Source: a virus. From it: 42,639 nucleotides of DNA. The translations under genes were made by a program, and so were the position numbers. Shown in pieces: positions 29,028 to 37,618 of this stretch. The notes under the pieces were generated by a model. That model worked only from the letters and a program-made list of their open reading frames with translations. It ran no database searches and was not told the origin of the DNA. The stretch spans positions 1 through 42,639 of IMG/VR virus record IMGVR_UViG_3300045988_020191, one strand, 5' to 3'. Position 1 is the first letter of the stretch. Each line of letters starts with the position of its first letter.

Positions 29028-31001
29028 TTAGTACAGCAGCACGGGCTTACCCGCTGCGCGTGTCATGTTGTTAATATTCTTAACGGTGCTGCGTGCGATT
29101 TCCTTACCGTCGAGCTGGATAACGACCGTTGTTGCACCGCCGCCCGATCCCGCCATAGCCTGCTTAAATGCGTCAACCATCGTTGCAAGCGGCGTTTCGA
29201 TGTTCGTCCCGCTTTTCTGGTCGCCCAGCACGGCAAGAAATTCTTTGTTCGGGGGAATAACCGCGCCGGTCGCCAAACGAGGCAAACGAACCTCAGAGAG
29301 CGAAGAAATATGCCCGCCGATGCTTTTGCCGCCGACGCCGGGAACCCAACTCGGAACAGTAAACTTGATCGTATTGATTTTACTAATCAGCCAGTTCAAG
29401 CCTTTAATGACGGCATTGATGGCACTCTCGGCAATAATAACGATGCTGTTCCAGATGCCAGAGAAAACTTTTTTGACACCTTCCCACGCAGATTTCCAGT
29501 TGCCCGTGAACACGCCCTTGATAAATTGGATAATTCCACCGAGGATATTATCTTTCAAGTTTCTGGCAAACTCTGTCAGATTACCAGTTAAGGCAAGAAT
29601 CGCAACGACAATTCCAGCAATACTGGCAACCACCAAAGGAATAACGCTTCCGGTCAAGAAAAAGAAGCCAAGTCCAGTGGCTACAATTCCGGCAATCAGC
29701 ATCAGAGTGTTTTGCAAATTTGCGCCGTTGGTAACGATGTCCTTGAATGCCGTGATAATTAGCGCAGCTCCGCTTACGACGAGCCCGATTCCCGCGCCAA
29801 CCTTGCCAAATGCGATTGCAAGTCCGCCTGCAAGGGCAACAACGCCTGCGAGGGATTCAAGCAAATTCTTCCAGTTCACGCCGTTGTTCCACGCATCTGA
29901 TAAGCCATCCCACAGGAGGACAAGTCCGCCAACAGCAATGAGGATTCCGCTGAGCTTTGTTAGGATAGAGCCGAGCGCACCGGGAAGCCCGCTTGCTACT
30001 TTCCACAAAGCAAGGCCCGCAGCGATCAGCAAGACCGCATCAGCAATCTTTTTGAGCCTGTCACTAATATCATCCATGTAGCTAAAATCTGGGGTGATAT
30101 CATCTGCGCTTACGCCACCGCCGCCCGCACTGTCAGCGGTATCACCGGATAACTGGTTGATCTCATCGAAGGCCGCAAGGTCGCTTGCTGCCTTTTTTGC
30201 AGCGCCGCCAGTCCCTTTCAGGGCTTTGGTCTCCTTGTTTAAGGACTTTGCAGCGTTCGCAGATGCCTTGACGCTTTTACCGGAGATAAGCGCCACAAGG
30301 CGGGAGATTTGATTGATGACCGCCGTGATTACGCGCACAAGCATTGTAAATGCAGGAACAACAACACTTACAAGCGGCTGCGCCAATGTCAGCAACGCGC
30401 CTTTCAGCTGTGCAATAGATTCTCTCGCTTCCGAGTTGGTCATCACAACGCTTTTCACCCACTCGCGCACTTTGGCAAGCGCCTGAGTGATAGCAGTAAA
30501 TACAAGAGCGCTGCGAACAACTGAGCTAATGCGTTTTCCAAAGTTGTCCATGCTTTTTGATGCTGCTTCTGTCGCTGCACGGATGCCAGCGCCTTTATTG
30601 CGGCCCTCAATCTGCTGCGCGAGGTCTGCTGCCTGCGTCTTTGCATCTGAGATTTTTTCACTTGTGTTGGTGAGCTTACTATTCAGCTTTTCAACCTCAC
30701 TTGCGGTCTTGTTGAATTCACTTTGGAGCAGCCTCATGCGCTCTGCCTGTTCGGATACGTCCGTTTTTTCGTATGTGCCTTTGGGGGCGCTGCGCATTTC
30801 CGCAAGGATTGCTTTTGCGTTGTCAAGCTCCGCGCCAATGGTGCGAAGTTGCTCTTCCATCGGCGTTTTTTGACTTCCGAGCTTGTTGAACTCCTTCTGC
30901 AAAGATGCAATATTTGACTTAACCTTGTTCAGGTCAGAGTGTAGTTTTTTGTCGCTGATTGTAGCGTCAATTACGATTTCACCATCTGCCAAAGCTATCA
31001 C
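29028..31001 (-). CDS. tail tape measure protein
   Basis: 657 aa. Coiled-coil N-terminus and a central block of hydrophobic G/A/L/I-rich segments. Assigned also by size and position. Confidence 0.85.
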   Translation of the reverse strand: MIALADGEIVIDATISDKKLHSDLNKVKSNIASLQKEFNKLGSQKTPMEEQLRTIGAELDNAKAILAEMRSAPKGTYEKTDVSEQAERMRLLQSEFNKTASEVEKLNSKLTNTSEKISDAKTQAADLAQQIEGRNKGAGIRAATEAASKSMDNFGKRISSVVRSALVFTAITQALAKVREWVKSVVMTNSEARESIAQLKGALLTLAQPLVSVVVPAFTMLVRVITAVINQISRLVALISGKSVKASANAAKSLNKETKALKGTGGAAKKAASDLAAFDEINQLSGDTADSAGGGGVSADDITPDFSYMDDISDRLKKIADAVLLIAAGLALWKVASGLPGALGSILTKLSGILIAVGGLVLLWDGLSDAWNNGVNWKNLLESLAGVVALAGGLAIAFGKVGAGIGLVVSGAALIITAFKDIVTNGANLQNTLMLIAGIVATGLGFFFLTGSVIPLVVASIAGIVVAILALTGNLTEFARNLKDNILGGIIQFIKGVFTGNWKSAWEGVKKVFSGIWNSIVIIAESAINAVIKGLNWLISKINTIKFTVPSWVPGVGGKSIGGHISSLSEVRLPRLATGAVIPPNKEFLAVLGDQKSGTNIETPLATMVDAFKQAMAGSGGGATTVVIQLDGKEIARSTVKNINNMTRAAGKPVLLY

Positions 31002-31005
31002 CTAC

Positions 31006-31034
31006 TTGCTATTTGTTTTTTTGCATGGTATCAT
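31006..31034 (+). promoter_or_regulatory. sigma-70-type promoter for the plus-strand moron (TTGCTA-17-TATCAT, TG-extended)
   Basis: Read directly: TTGCTA at 31006-31011 and TATCAT at 31029-31034, preceded by TGG. Confidence 0.6.
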
Positions 31035-31072
31035 CAATATATCCACAAAACGTGGCTATAGGAGGAATGAAT

Positions 31073-31651
31073 ATGGATAAGATGACTACTTGTAAAGTGT
31101 GCGGCGCGTCTATTGCAAAATCAGCGTCAACGTGCCCTCAATGCGGAGCAAAGCAAAAAAAGCGCCCCCCAGTGTTGGGGATCATCATTGCTATTTTCGG
31201 CATTTGTCTGATTGCCGCCGCATTAAACGGCATGGGCGATGATTCTGGCTCAGATAGCCAAACGTTTGGCGTTGGAGAAACCGCTGAGTTGAATGGGATC
31301 AGCGTAAAGTTTGATTTCTGCACCGAAAGCAATGGATCGCAGTTCAACACGCCTGATGATGGAAATGTGTTTCTGCTTTGCGAATTCTCCATTGATAACC
31401 AGTCGGATAAAGATATTGCCGTTAGTTCTATCGCATCGTTCAACGCCTATGTTGATGACTACTCGACAAATCTGAGCATTTCAGCCACCATCGCAACCGA
31501 TAAAACTCAGTTAGACGGAGCTATTGCTGCCGGTAAGAAAATGACCGGCGTTGTCGGATACGAAGTCCCCAAAGACTGGAAAGAAATTGAAATTCGCTTC
31601 ACTCCCGACTTTTGGTCTGGAAACGAAATTACATTCATTGCAGACAAGTAA
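31073..31651 (+). CDS. membrane-anchored DUF4352-like protein with N-terminal zinc ribbon (moron)
   Basis: ATG at 31073 after GGAGGAA. It has CKVCG...CPQCG, a TM segment (VLGIIIAIFGICLIAAAL), then GISVKFDF...VFLLCEFSIDNQSDKDI...GVVGYEVPKDW. Confidence 0.7.
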   Translation: MDKMTTCKVCGASIAKSASTCPQCGAKQKKRPPVLGIIIAIFGICLIAAALNGMGDDSGSDSQTFGVGETAELNGISVKFDFCTESNGSQFNTPDDGNVFLLCEFSIDNQSDKDIAVSSIASFNAYVDDYSTNLSISATIATDKTQLDGAIAAGKKMTGVVGYEVPKDWKEIEIRFTPDFWSGNEITFIADK

Positions 31652-31658
31652 CCCACCT

Positions 31659-31691
31659 CGCCCGATGCTATTTTGCGTCGGGCGTTTTTTT
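31659..31691 (+). terminator. rho-independent terminator of the moron (overlaps the 3' end of the convergent Gp15-like gene)
   Basis: CGCCCGA (31659-31665) / TCGGGCG (31678-31684) followed by TTTTTTT. Confidence 0.75.
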
Positions 31692-32237
31692 GCCCAACCA
31701 CGCATTGATCGTGTCGTTTTCTTCTTCCGTCATCGGCTTTTTCAGATCAACGAGCCGTCTGTTTTCGCGGTAAAATTCTCGATCCGATTTGTCAAGCGTT
31801 TTCCCCTTTGCTTTCAAGCTGCGAATCCGCACGATGTTTGCAAACAGGCAATCCCCGATTTCGTAGTACGCAGATACAAATGACCACCAGTGAAAATAAG
31901 GCATTGCGCGCACTTCCTGTCCCACAACGCGGTTGATGGGAGCCACAATGTATTGAAAGTCTTGTTCCCAATCCATCAGTTTAGGGCGCTTCCTGTTGTC
32001 GCCGTAGTCGCCGCAGTCGAGAAACCACGTCATTTGCTTTACAGCATCTGGAATATACTCGTCCGGCATTTGTAAAAAATCAGGATAGAAAATATCCAGT
32101 GCAGCCAGAACCTTTTGACTGTTGTCCAGATCGACCGCAGCAAACACCGAAAGCACGTCCAGTGCTGCGCGATAGTCCGAGCGGATAGCATACTCAACGC
32201 CGCAAATGGTCAGCGATGTCGGAAGTTCGTACATCAT
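31668..32237 (-). CDS. Gp15-family tail assembly protein (A118-like)
   Basis: 189 aa. ICGVEYAIRSDYRAALDVL...FYPDF... Lies in the -1 frame relative to the upstream chaperone, with an ATGA overlap. Confidence 0.6.
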   Translation of the reverse strand: MMYELPTSLTICGVEYAIRSDYRAALDVLSVFAAVDLDNSQKVLAALDIFYPDFLQMPDEYIPDAVKQMTWFLDCGDYGDNRKRPKLMDWEQDFQYIVAPINRVVGQEVRAMPYFHWWSFVSAYYEIGDCLFANIVRIRSLKAKGKTLDKSDREFYRENRRLVDLKKPMTEEENDTINAWLGKKTPDAK

Positions 32238-32659
32238 TTTTTGTACTTCTGCGTATACTTGCGGATTTTTTCATCTGCAAGCGCCTGCTCACGCTTGGTT
32301 GCTTCGTCGAACTGGTCAATAATGGCATTCATAAAGTTCTGCCATACCGGAGCGCCGTTTGCTGCGGAATAAGCATTTACCGACCCAAAAAGCATATCCG
32401 CAATATCCTGCTCGAACAAATCGTTGATGATGTCGCGCATCTCCCTGTCGATGGAATCCACCATGTCAAAGAGCTCGTCGCCCGGCTCGGTTGTATCGAG
32501 CTTTGCCACTCTCTCTTCCTGCTTTTTTCGCAAATCATTGAATACGCGGTACGCTTTCTTTGCGAAATTTACGTCCGCAGGGTTGAAATGCACGGTCACA
32601 ATACCGTTTACACCTCGAATGGTGTATTCTTTTACGCCAGAATCAAAGCTGAGTTCCAT
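32234..32659 (-). CDS. tail assembly chaperone
   Basis: ATG at 32659 (MELSFDSGVKEYTI...) after GGAGGTAAGT. Lies between the major tail and tape measure genes, and ends in ACAAAAAATGA. Confidence 0.6.
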   Translation of the reverse strand: MELSFDSGVKEYTIRGVNGIVTVHFNPADVNFAKKAYRVFNDLRKKQEERVAKLDTTEPGDELFDMVDSIDREMRDIINDLFEQDIADMLFGSVNAYSAANGAPVWQNFMNAIIDQFDEATKREQALADEKIRKYTQKYKK

Positions 32660-32674
32660 ACTTACCTCCGAAAT

Positions 32675-32698
32675 GAGGGCTGACAAACGCCAGCCCTC
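32675..32698 (-). terminator. hairpin after the major tail gene (partial terminator/attenuator)
   Basis: Perfect 8-bp stem GAGGGCTG (32675-32682) / CAGCCCTC (32691-32698). Only a short U tract follows on the minus strand. Confidence 0.45.
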
Positions 32699-32704
32699 TT
32701 TGAT

Positions 32705-33226
32705 TTAGTCCTCTGTAAACGTAACAGTGCCGCCGGAAATGGACGCAGTGCCCGTTTTGCGCGTGCCGCCAAGCGTCACGTCGATAGGCATACCGATAAA
32801 GCCGCCGCCCTCGCCGCCGAGGGAAGAAGGTTTGACCATGCAGGACGAATAGCGCTCCGCAAAGACTGCCGTATTCGCCGTGCCTGCATAAGCGTGGACG
32901 ATCAGCACGTCCTGATTTGCCAGCGCCGCCGCGTTCTGCTCCTTGACTGCAAGATTCCACACCTTGACGATGGCGGGGTCGCCCGCATCGAGATTGGACG
33001 GGTCAAAGGTCTGCGTGATAATGGGTTTCTTCATGGTCGTGCGCGTCGTGCCGAGAATGTCTTTCGAAGAATCCTCCTGCCAGTCATATTCCATGCTGGA
33101 ATCCGTGACGCGCGTACCGAGGGGAGACCACGTGGGAGTTCCGGTTTCGCCCGTGTTGAGATACGCGATCAGAAGTTCGCGGTCTACGGTCTGCCCCGCC
33201 GTGGTGTTAAAGGTCGTATCAGCCAT
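32705..33226 (-). CDS. major tail protein
   Basis: 173 aa. MADTTFNTTAGQTV...LIAYLNTGETGTPTWSPLG... Assigned also by position before the chaperones. Confidence 0.75.
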   Translation of the reverse strand: MADTTFNTTAGQTVDRELLIAYLNTGETGTPTWSPLGTRVTDSSMEYDWQEDSSKDILGTTRTTMKKPIITQTFDPSNLDAGDPAIVKVWNLAVKEQNAAALANQDVLIVHAYAGTANTAVFAERYSSCMVKPSSLGGEGGGFIGMPIDVTLGGTRKTGTASISGGTVTFTED

Positions 33227-33536
33227 TTTTAATCACCTCGTAGTTCATTTTCATAAGGATTTGATGATCCTCGTCGCCGTTTTCATACACGGCAAAAAGA
33301 GAGGATCGCGTTGTCGGCTCGATGCGAATGACGCGGCGGCCGTCGCCAATGTCAGGTGGCGTTTTGCTTGCTGCCCAATCGCCAAGGGCATTAAGCGTTT
33401 CATCTGCCTTGAGCCGTTTGTCGTTGCTATTTCCCGGCTTCATGCGGTAGATAACCTTAAATTGGTATTCCGCCTGATACCCGCCGAGAATGTATTTCTT
33501 GACGATATACGCCGCCTGAATTGTGGACAGTGCCAT
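33219..33536 (-). CDS. head-tail joining / minor capsid protein 2-like (true start probably upstream)
   Basis: Track ORF of 105 aa starting at an ATG with no SD. The same frame stays open and protein-like (KKTVSAAEEDQVSRKLLAWLNTFPDKPVDLIRFEFLPADTPA) up to 33665, with no ATG/GTG/TTG. Confidence 0.55.
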   Translation of the reverse strand: MALSTIQAAYIVKKYILGGYQAEYQFKVIYRMKPGNSNDKRLKADETLNALGDWAASKTPPDIGDGRRVIRIEPTTRSSLFAVYENGDEDHQILMKMNYEVIKNG

Positions 33537-33660
33537 CGCCGGAGTATCGGCGGGGAGAAATTCGAATCGAATTAAATCAACCGGCTTATCCGGGAACGTG
33601 TTTAACCACGCAAGCAGCTTTCGGGAGACTTGATCCTCTTCCGCTGCCGATACCGTTTTT

Positions 33661-34080
33661 TTAATCTGTTCCGTACTTCTTCACCGCCTTTTCTGCTACG
33701 CGCAGCCACTTGTCAAGATTTTGTGCCTTAGATGCTTCAAACCAATGCGCCTGCGCCTGCGGATGCATCGCCTTGTTAAATACCAAGTTGCGATCTGTAA
33801 CCACTTTTGTTCCGCCCTTTGGGGCGTATGTGCTGCCGGTGTTTGGGTCGACCATTACTTTCCCGTAATACAGGAAACGGGCATACGGGCCGGGGTAAAT
33901 AACGGCGCTTCCGTCTACTCTTGTGCGCTGCGTTAGCGAGCCTGTGAGCATCGGAACAAACGGCTGAGTGTCTTTCTCAATCTGTTCCGCTAAAACGTGC
34001 TCAGCGCGCGTGCAGGCTTTGGCAATGGCTTCTTTTACAGCGTCAAAGCCGTCGGTATGCACGGAAATCTTGATGCCCAT
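33661..34080 (-). CDS. HK97 gp10-like / minor capsid protein (tail completion)
   Basis: 139 aa. Contains DTQPFVPMLTGSLTQRT...PYARFLYYGKVMVD. Confidence 0.6.
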   Translation of the reverse strand: MGIKISVHTDGFDAVKEAIAKACTRAEHVLAEQIEKDTQPFVPMLTGSLTQRTRVDGSAVIYPGPYARFLYYGKVMVDPNTGSTYAPKGGTKVVTDRNLVFNKAMHPQAQAHWFEASKAQNLDKWLRVAEKAVKKYGTD

Positions 34081-34529
34081 TACGCACCTCCGACTTCCCA
34101 GTGCTGCATATCGGTGCTACCGTAGTCCATTGCATCGACTTTCGTCACGTTGTAGCAATCGTCATGGCTCAGAACGACGGTCATGTTGTCCGACACGAAT
34201 TCGCCCTTCACAAAGCACGTCATGCCACCGTTACCCTTGTATGAGAGCGTCCATAGGTTAGACTTATCCGCCGCTTTGAAAAACGATTGTGGACCGATGT
34301 AGGATTTCGGCTTGCCTGTTACCCCGTCCACCGCTTCCACGGAGAACGGGATATACAGGTTTACAGCGTCAGCACCTTCAAGGCCGCTTTCACGCACGTT
34401 CACGCCTTTAGACGCTTGGAGCATTACACCGCGCAATATCGTGGTGTAGACCTTTTCGACCTCATCAAGGGTTGCCGGGTCGATCTCCTGCACAATGTTG
34501 TAAATCGTTACAGTGTGGGGAGCGTACAT
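34080..34529 (-). CDS. head closure / head-tail joining protein
   Basis: 149 aa. The assignment is positional, within the connector gene block. Confidence 0.5.
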   Translation of the reverse strand: MYAPHTVTIYNIVQEIDPATLDEVEKVYTTILRGVMLQASKGVNVRESGLEGADAVNLYIPFSVEAVDGVTGKPKSYIGPQSFFKAADKSNLWTLSYKGNGGMTCFVKGEFVSDNMTVVLSHDDCYNVTKVDAMDYGSTDMQHWEVGGA

Positions 34530-34945
34530 CTACAACCACCTCCGCGATACAGCAGCCCAGTATGGGCAAGATATTCCCTGCACGTTTCCGCAAGCAGTTT
34601 CTTTGCCCCGTCCGTCGCGTTGAGGGCAGACAGGGCGGACTCACCGCCAGTTGCAAGGGTGCGGGAGTAGCCGCCTACCGTCTCGCTCTTGACTTCCGCA
34701 TCACCAACGGCAGCGTTGGCGAGATTCTTTTGCGCCAGCGCCTGTGCCGCCTCAATGACTGCGTATTTGTCCACAAGTGCGCAGCAGCACATTTTGACCG
34801 CATCAAGAGTGGCGTTATCCGCCGCCTTGTTGCGGGTGTAATAGTCGAGAAAGGAGCTGGCGCGGACAACAAGACGCGGAAAGTCGTTTTCGCTCACAGC
34901 GCCCATATAAGTGCCAGAGTAGTATTCAAAGTCTGCGTAAGTCAT
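34508..34945 (-). CDS. gp6-like head-tail connector (adaptor)
   Basis: 145 aa. MTYADFEYYSGTYMG...FPRLVVRASSFLDYYT. Lies directly after the capsid gene. Confidence 0.55.
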   Translation of the reverse strand: MTYADFEYYSGTYMGAVSENDFPRLVVRASSFLDYYTRNKAADNATLDAVKMCCCALVDKYAVIEAAQALAQKNLANAAVGDAEVKSETVGGYSRTLATGGESALSALNATDGAKKLLAETCREYLAHTGLLYRGGGCRCTLPTL

Positions 34946-34965
34946 ACGGGTCAGCTCCTTTCAGA

Positions 34966-36180
34966 TTAAGAAACGGTAACAGTGGCAGTGCCGGTCTTCG
35001 TGCTGTCCTGCTTGGACTTGGCCGTAACGGTGATACTGGTCTTAGTCTCAGCGGAGTCGATAGTCAGCAAGCCGTCTTCGCTGATCTTGGACTTCGTGCC
35101 ATTCTGGCTCCACTCGACCTCGCCGTTGATAATGCCCTCGCCGGTAACAGCAGCAGTAAACGACTTGCTGTCGCCCTTTGCCATCGTCGCGGTAGCGGGC
35201 GAGACGGTAACAGTAGAGATGTCGCCGCCCTTGCCGTAAACAGAGAACGGGAACGGATTTGCCTTTTCCGCGTTGTAGGCGTTGATGGGGTTCGCGATCT
35301 CCCAGCCGAGACGCATGACTGCGCGCAGCGCCACCATATCGTTCTGCATGAGGTTGTAGGTGATAGCCTTCGTGGTGGGGTCCTGAATAACGCCCTCGGT
35401 GAAGATCTTGAAGGTCATGTCCTGACGAATGGCATAGACAAGCTGGCTCCAATCGCCGACGATCATCTGAGCCTGGGCGGGGTCAAACGCACCGTTCATG
35501 GGGAAGTACATATCCATGCCGTCAAGGCCGTAGCGGGTAGCGCCCTGCATATCGGTCTTGAAAAGCGGCTGACCGGAAGTGTCGCGGAGACCGCGCAGCT
35601 TGCCGCGCATCTGAATTGCGGACATGACACCATTGGGATTGAAGCCGTCTAGCTCGACCTTAGAGATCAGGCCCCCATCGCCCATCACATCGGCGTAGAT
35701 GTCAGAACTGATAGGGACGCCATTACCGGCAGAAATAGCGGATGGGACAACGCCTTCGCGCCAAGTGCCCGGCTTGTTCGTGCCAAACAGAATAGCGGCG
35801 TCAATGACCTTGCCGAAAGCCTCGGTCAAACGGGGCTTGACCTCGCCCCAGATGTCATAGTCTGCATCGTCGAGTGCCGCCTCGGGGATAGGCACGATGA
35901 CTGCGATCTCCTCGGCATACAGCTTCTTCTTGTCCCACGCCATCTTGGTGGTCTGCTTGAAAGCCTCACCAGCGCCGCTGTCGGTAGCCTCGCCGTTCAC
36001 GAAGTACGCGGAGGGCAGGGCGTCCAGCACGTTGATGGTCTGTGTCTTGCTGGACATATTTGCCAGTCTACGGCCCATGCGCAGGACAGCAGATTCGGCG
36101 ATAGCGCCCTGCATGATTTCGCGGGTTACGGGTTCCGGGATAAGACCGGAAAGTGCGCTTCTGTCGATGATGTTTGCCAT
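34966..36180 (-). CDS. HK97-fold major capsid protein with C-terminal Ig-like (Big_2-type) domain
   Basis: 404 aa. The start is MANIIDRSALSGLIPEPVTREIMQG..., and the C-terminus is VTVSPATATMAKGDSKSFTAAVTGEG...TVTVS. Confidence 0.85.
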   Translation of the reverse strand: MANIIDRSALSGLIPEPVTREIMQGAIAESAVLRMGRRLANMSSKTQTINVLDALPSAYFVNGEATDSGAGEAFKQTTKMAWDKKKLYAEEIAVIVPIPEAALDDADYDIWGEVKPRLTEAFGKVIDAAILFGTNKPGTWREGVVPSAISAGNGVPISSDIYADVMGDGGLISKVELDGFNPNGVMSAIQMRGKLRGLRDTSGQPLFKTDMQGATRYGLDGMDMYFPMNGAFDPAQAQMIVGDWSQLVYAIRQDMTFKIFTEGVIQDPTTKAITYNLMQNDMVALRAVMRLGWEIANPINAYNAEKANPFPFSVYGKGGDISTVTVSPATATMAKGDSKSFTAAVTGEGIINGEVEWSQNGTKSKISEDGLLTIDSAETKTSITVTAKSKQDSTKTGTATVTVS

Positions 36181-36198
36181 GTGTTAAATCTTCCTTTC

Positions 36199-36696
36199 TT
36201 ACTTAAGTGCGCCGCGAATAAGAGAGTTCATCGCAGCATTGACGTTGTTTTTCTCGCTGCCGCCACCAGCGGGGGCAGTCCAATCAAATTTGACCTTCTG
36301 CCGGTTTTCGGTGAGTTTATCCACGGCCTGTTCAAAGGTGGTTTTGTCATCCACCATCTTTTCAGCCTTGAAGGAGATAAACTCCGCTTCCTCGCCGGTT
36401 AGCCCCTTGGAAAGCACATACTTCTCGCGCTTGAGCTGCTGAACTTCGGCATGCGCTGCGGTCAGGGCGGACTTGTTATCCGCAAACTCCTTTTCGCGCT
36501 TTGCCTGCCGCTCCTGCTCTGTCTGCTGACTGTCTTTCCATGTGCGATACGCGGTCATCTCGTCCTCGCTGGGGTACTTCTTCCGTTCTCTGTCAAGCCT
36601 CGCCTGAATCATTTTGTCAACGTCAGCCTGAGTGAACGTCTTTTCCTGCTCTTGCGCAGTTGTTCCCGTGCTCTGCACGGTGGTTTCTTCTGCCAT
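36199..36696 (-). CDS. capsid scaffolding protein
   Basis: 165 aa. Charged and helical: FTQADVDKMIQARLDRERKKY. Lies directly upstream of the capsid gene. Confidence 0.75.
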   Translation of the reverse strand: MAEETTVQSTGTTAQEQEKTFTQADVDKMIQARLDRERKKYPSEDEMTAYRTWKDSQQTEQERQAKREKEFADNKSALTAAHAEVQQLKREKYVLSKGLTGEEAEFISFKAEKMVDDKTTFEQAVDKLTENRQKVKFDWTAPAGGGSEKNNVNAAMNSLIRGALK

Positions 36697-36734
36697 AAAA
36701 ATCTCCTTGTTTAACGACCTGTCGGTCAGTGTTG

Positions 36735-36780
36735 ATAAAACAAAAGAGCCAACCTGTAAGCGTTCCTTACAAGTTGGCTC
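36735..36780 (-). terminator. strong rho-independent terminator after the RHH gene, inside the structural operon
   Basis: On the minus strand: 15-bp stem GAGCCAACUUGUAAG / CUUACAGGUUGGCUC (one G-U), loop GAACG, then UUUUGUUUUAUC. Confidence 0.8.
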
Positions 36781-36821
36781 CTATTGCCCTTTCCCGCGCC
36801 CTATTGCGCGGGAGTTGTTAT

Positions 36822-36998
36822 TTACTTATCGTTGATGTGCGGCATTACCGCCGCAAGAATAAACTCTTTTACGCTTACGCCTTGCCGTTCTGCGGCATCG
36901 CGTATCTTTTTGCCGGTTTCTTTATCCACCCTCACCGTTATGGTGTCCTGTTTCCGGTTGTACTTCGTGCTTGCTCTTATCTGCGCCTCTGTTGCCAT
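36822..36998 (-). CDS. ribbon-helix-helix (CopG/Arc-like) regulator (58 aa)
   Basis: ATG at 36998, 8 nt after AAGGAGG. The segment DTITVRVDKETGKKIRDAAERQGVSVKEFILAAV fits an RHH pattern. Confidence 0.65.
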   Translation of the reverse strand: MATEAQIRASTKYNRKQDTITVRVDKETGKKIRDAAERQGVSVKEFILAAVMPHINDK

Positions 36999-37020
36999 GC
37001 TGCAAACCTCCTTTTGCAAC

Positions 37021-37054
37021 ATAGTATCACATTCTCTGTAATAAGTCAACTTAT
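37021..37054 (-). promoter_or_regulatory. promoter of the RHH gene (TTGACT-17-TACTAT) with overlapping palindromic operator ATAAGTCAACTTAT
   Basis: The reverse complement reads TATAAGTTGACTTATtacagagaatgtgaTACTAT. The palindrome occupies 37041-37054. Confidence 0.65.
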
Positions 37055-37100
37055 ACGTTTTCAACAATCCAATCCGCAATTTATTGTGGAATATCCCATC

Positions 37101-37129
37101 TTGAAATATAAGTAAACTTATAGTATCCT
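37101..37129 (+). promoter_or_regulatory. divergent promoter (TTGAAA-17-TATCCT) whose spacer is a second copy of the operator (TATAAGTAAACTTATA)
   Basis: Read directly. The palindrome occupies 37107-37122. Confidence 0.55.
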
Positions 37130-37179
37130 ATACTCACAAGGAACAAATGTGACAGGCGAAAGCCGGAAAGGAATTTGAC

Positions 37180-37377
37180 ATGACCGCCGTTGAAGTAAAA
37201 GCTTATGAAATTGGCATCAAGGAGGCGCACGAGAAAAAGAAAATTGTTCCCGCTTGCAAAAGCGACGCAATGTGGGGCCTCATGGAAGAAGTGAAAAACG
37301 GCTTGTTGCCTATTATCAAGTCTTATGATGCAGGAGTTGCTTACGAGATCAATCGTCAAACGAAACTCGGTTTTTAA
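37180..37377 (+). CDS. hypothetical small protein (65 aa), plus-strand moron
   Basis: ORF track. Weak SD (GAAAGGA). Confidence 0.5.
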   Translation: MTAVEVKAYEIGIKEAHEKKKIVPACKSDAMWGLMEEVKNGLLPIIKSYDAGVAYEINRQTKLGF

Positions 37378-37423
37378 CTCAAAACCCCGCCCCGGAGGTC
37401 ACGAGGGCAGAAAGGGAAACAAA

Positions 37424-37600
37424 ATGATGAATATTAACTTAAAAACAAGGACGATTAAACTGTCCCGTCGTGAAGTAATCGACTTACTCCTTATGCTTGA
37501 TACCAACTACGAAAGTGGAAGGTGGAACGCGTTACACGACAAAATCAAGGAACAGTTGGACATTCAAGACAGTAAAGATAACGATTTCCCCGCCCCTTAA
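37424..37600 (+). CDS. hypothetical small protein (58 aa), plus-strand moron
   Basis: ATG at 37424 (MMNINLKTRTIKLSRREVIDLLLML...), inside track ORF 37325..37600. Confidence 0.45.
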   Translation: MMNINLKTRTIKLSRREVIDLLLMLDTNYESGRWNALHDKIKEQLDIQDSKDNDFPAP

Positions 37601-37618
37601 CCGGGACGGTTTTCTTTT
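37590..37618 (+). terminator. weak terminator of the plus-strand pair
   Basis: CCGCCCC / GGGACGG (one mismatch) followed by TTTTCTTTT. Confidence 0.4.
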
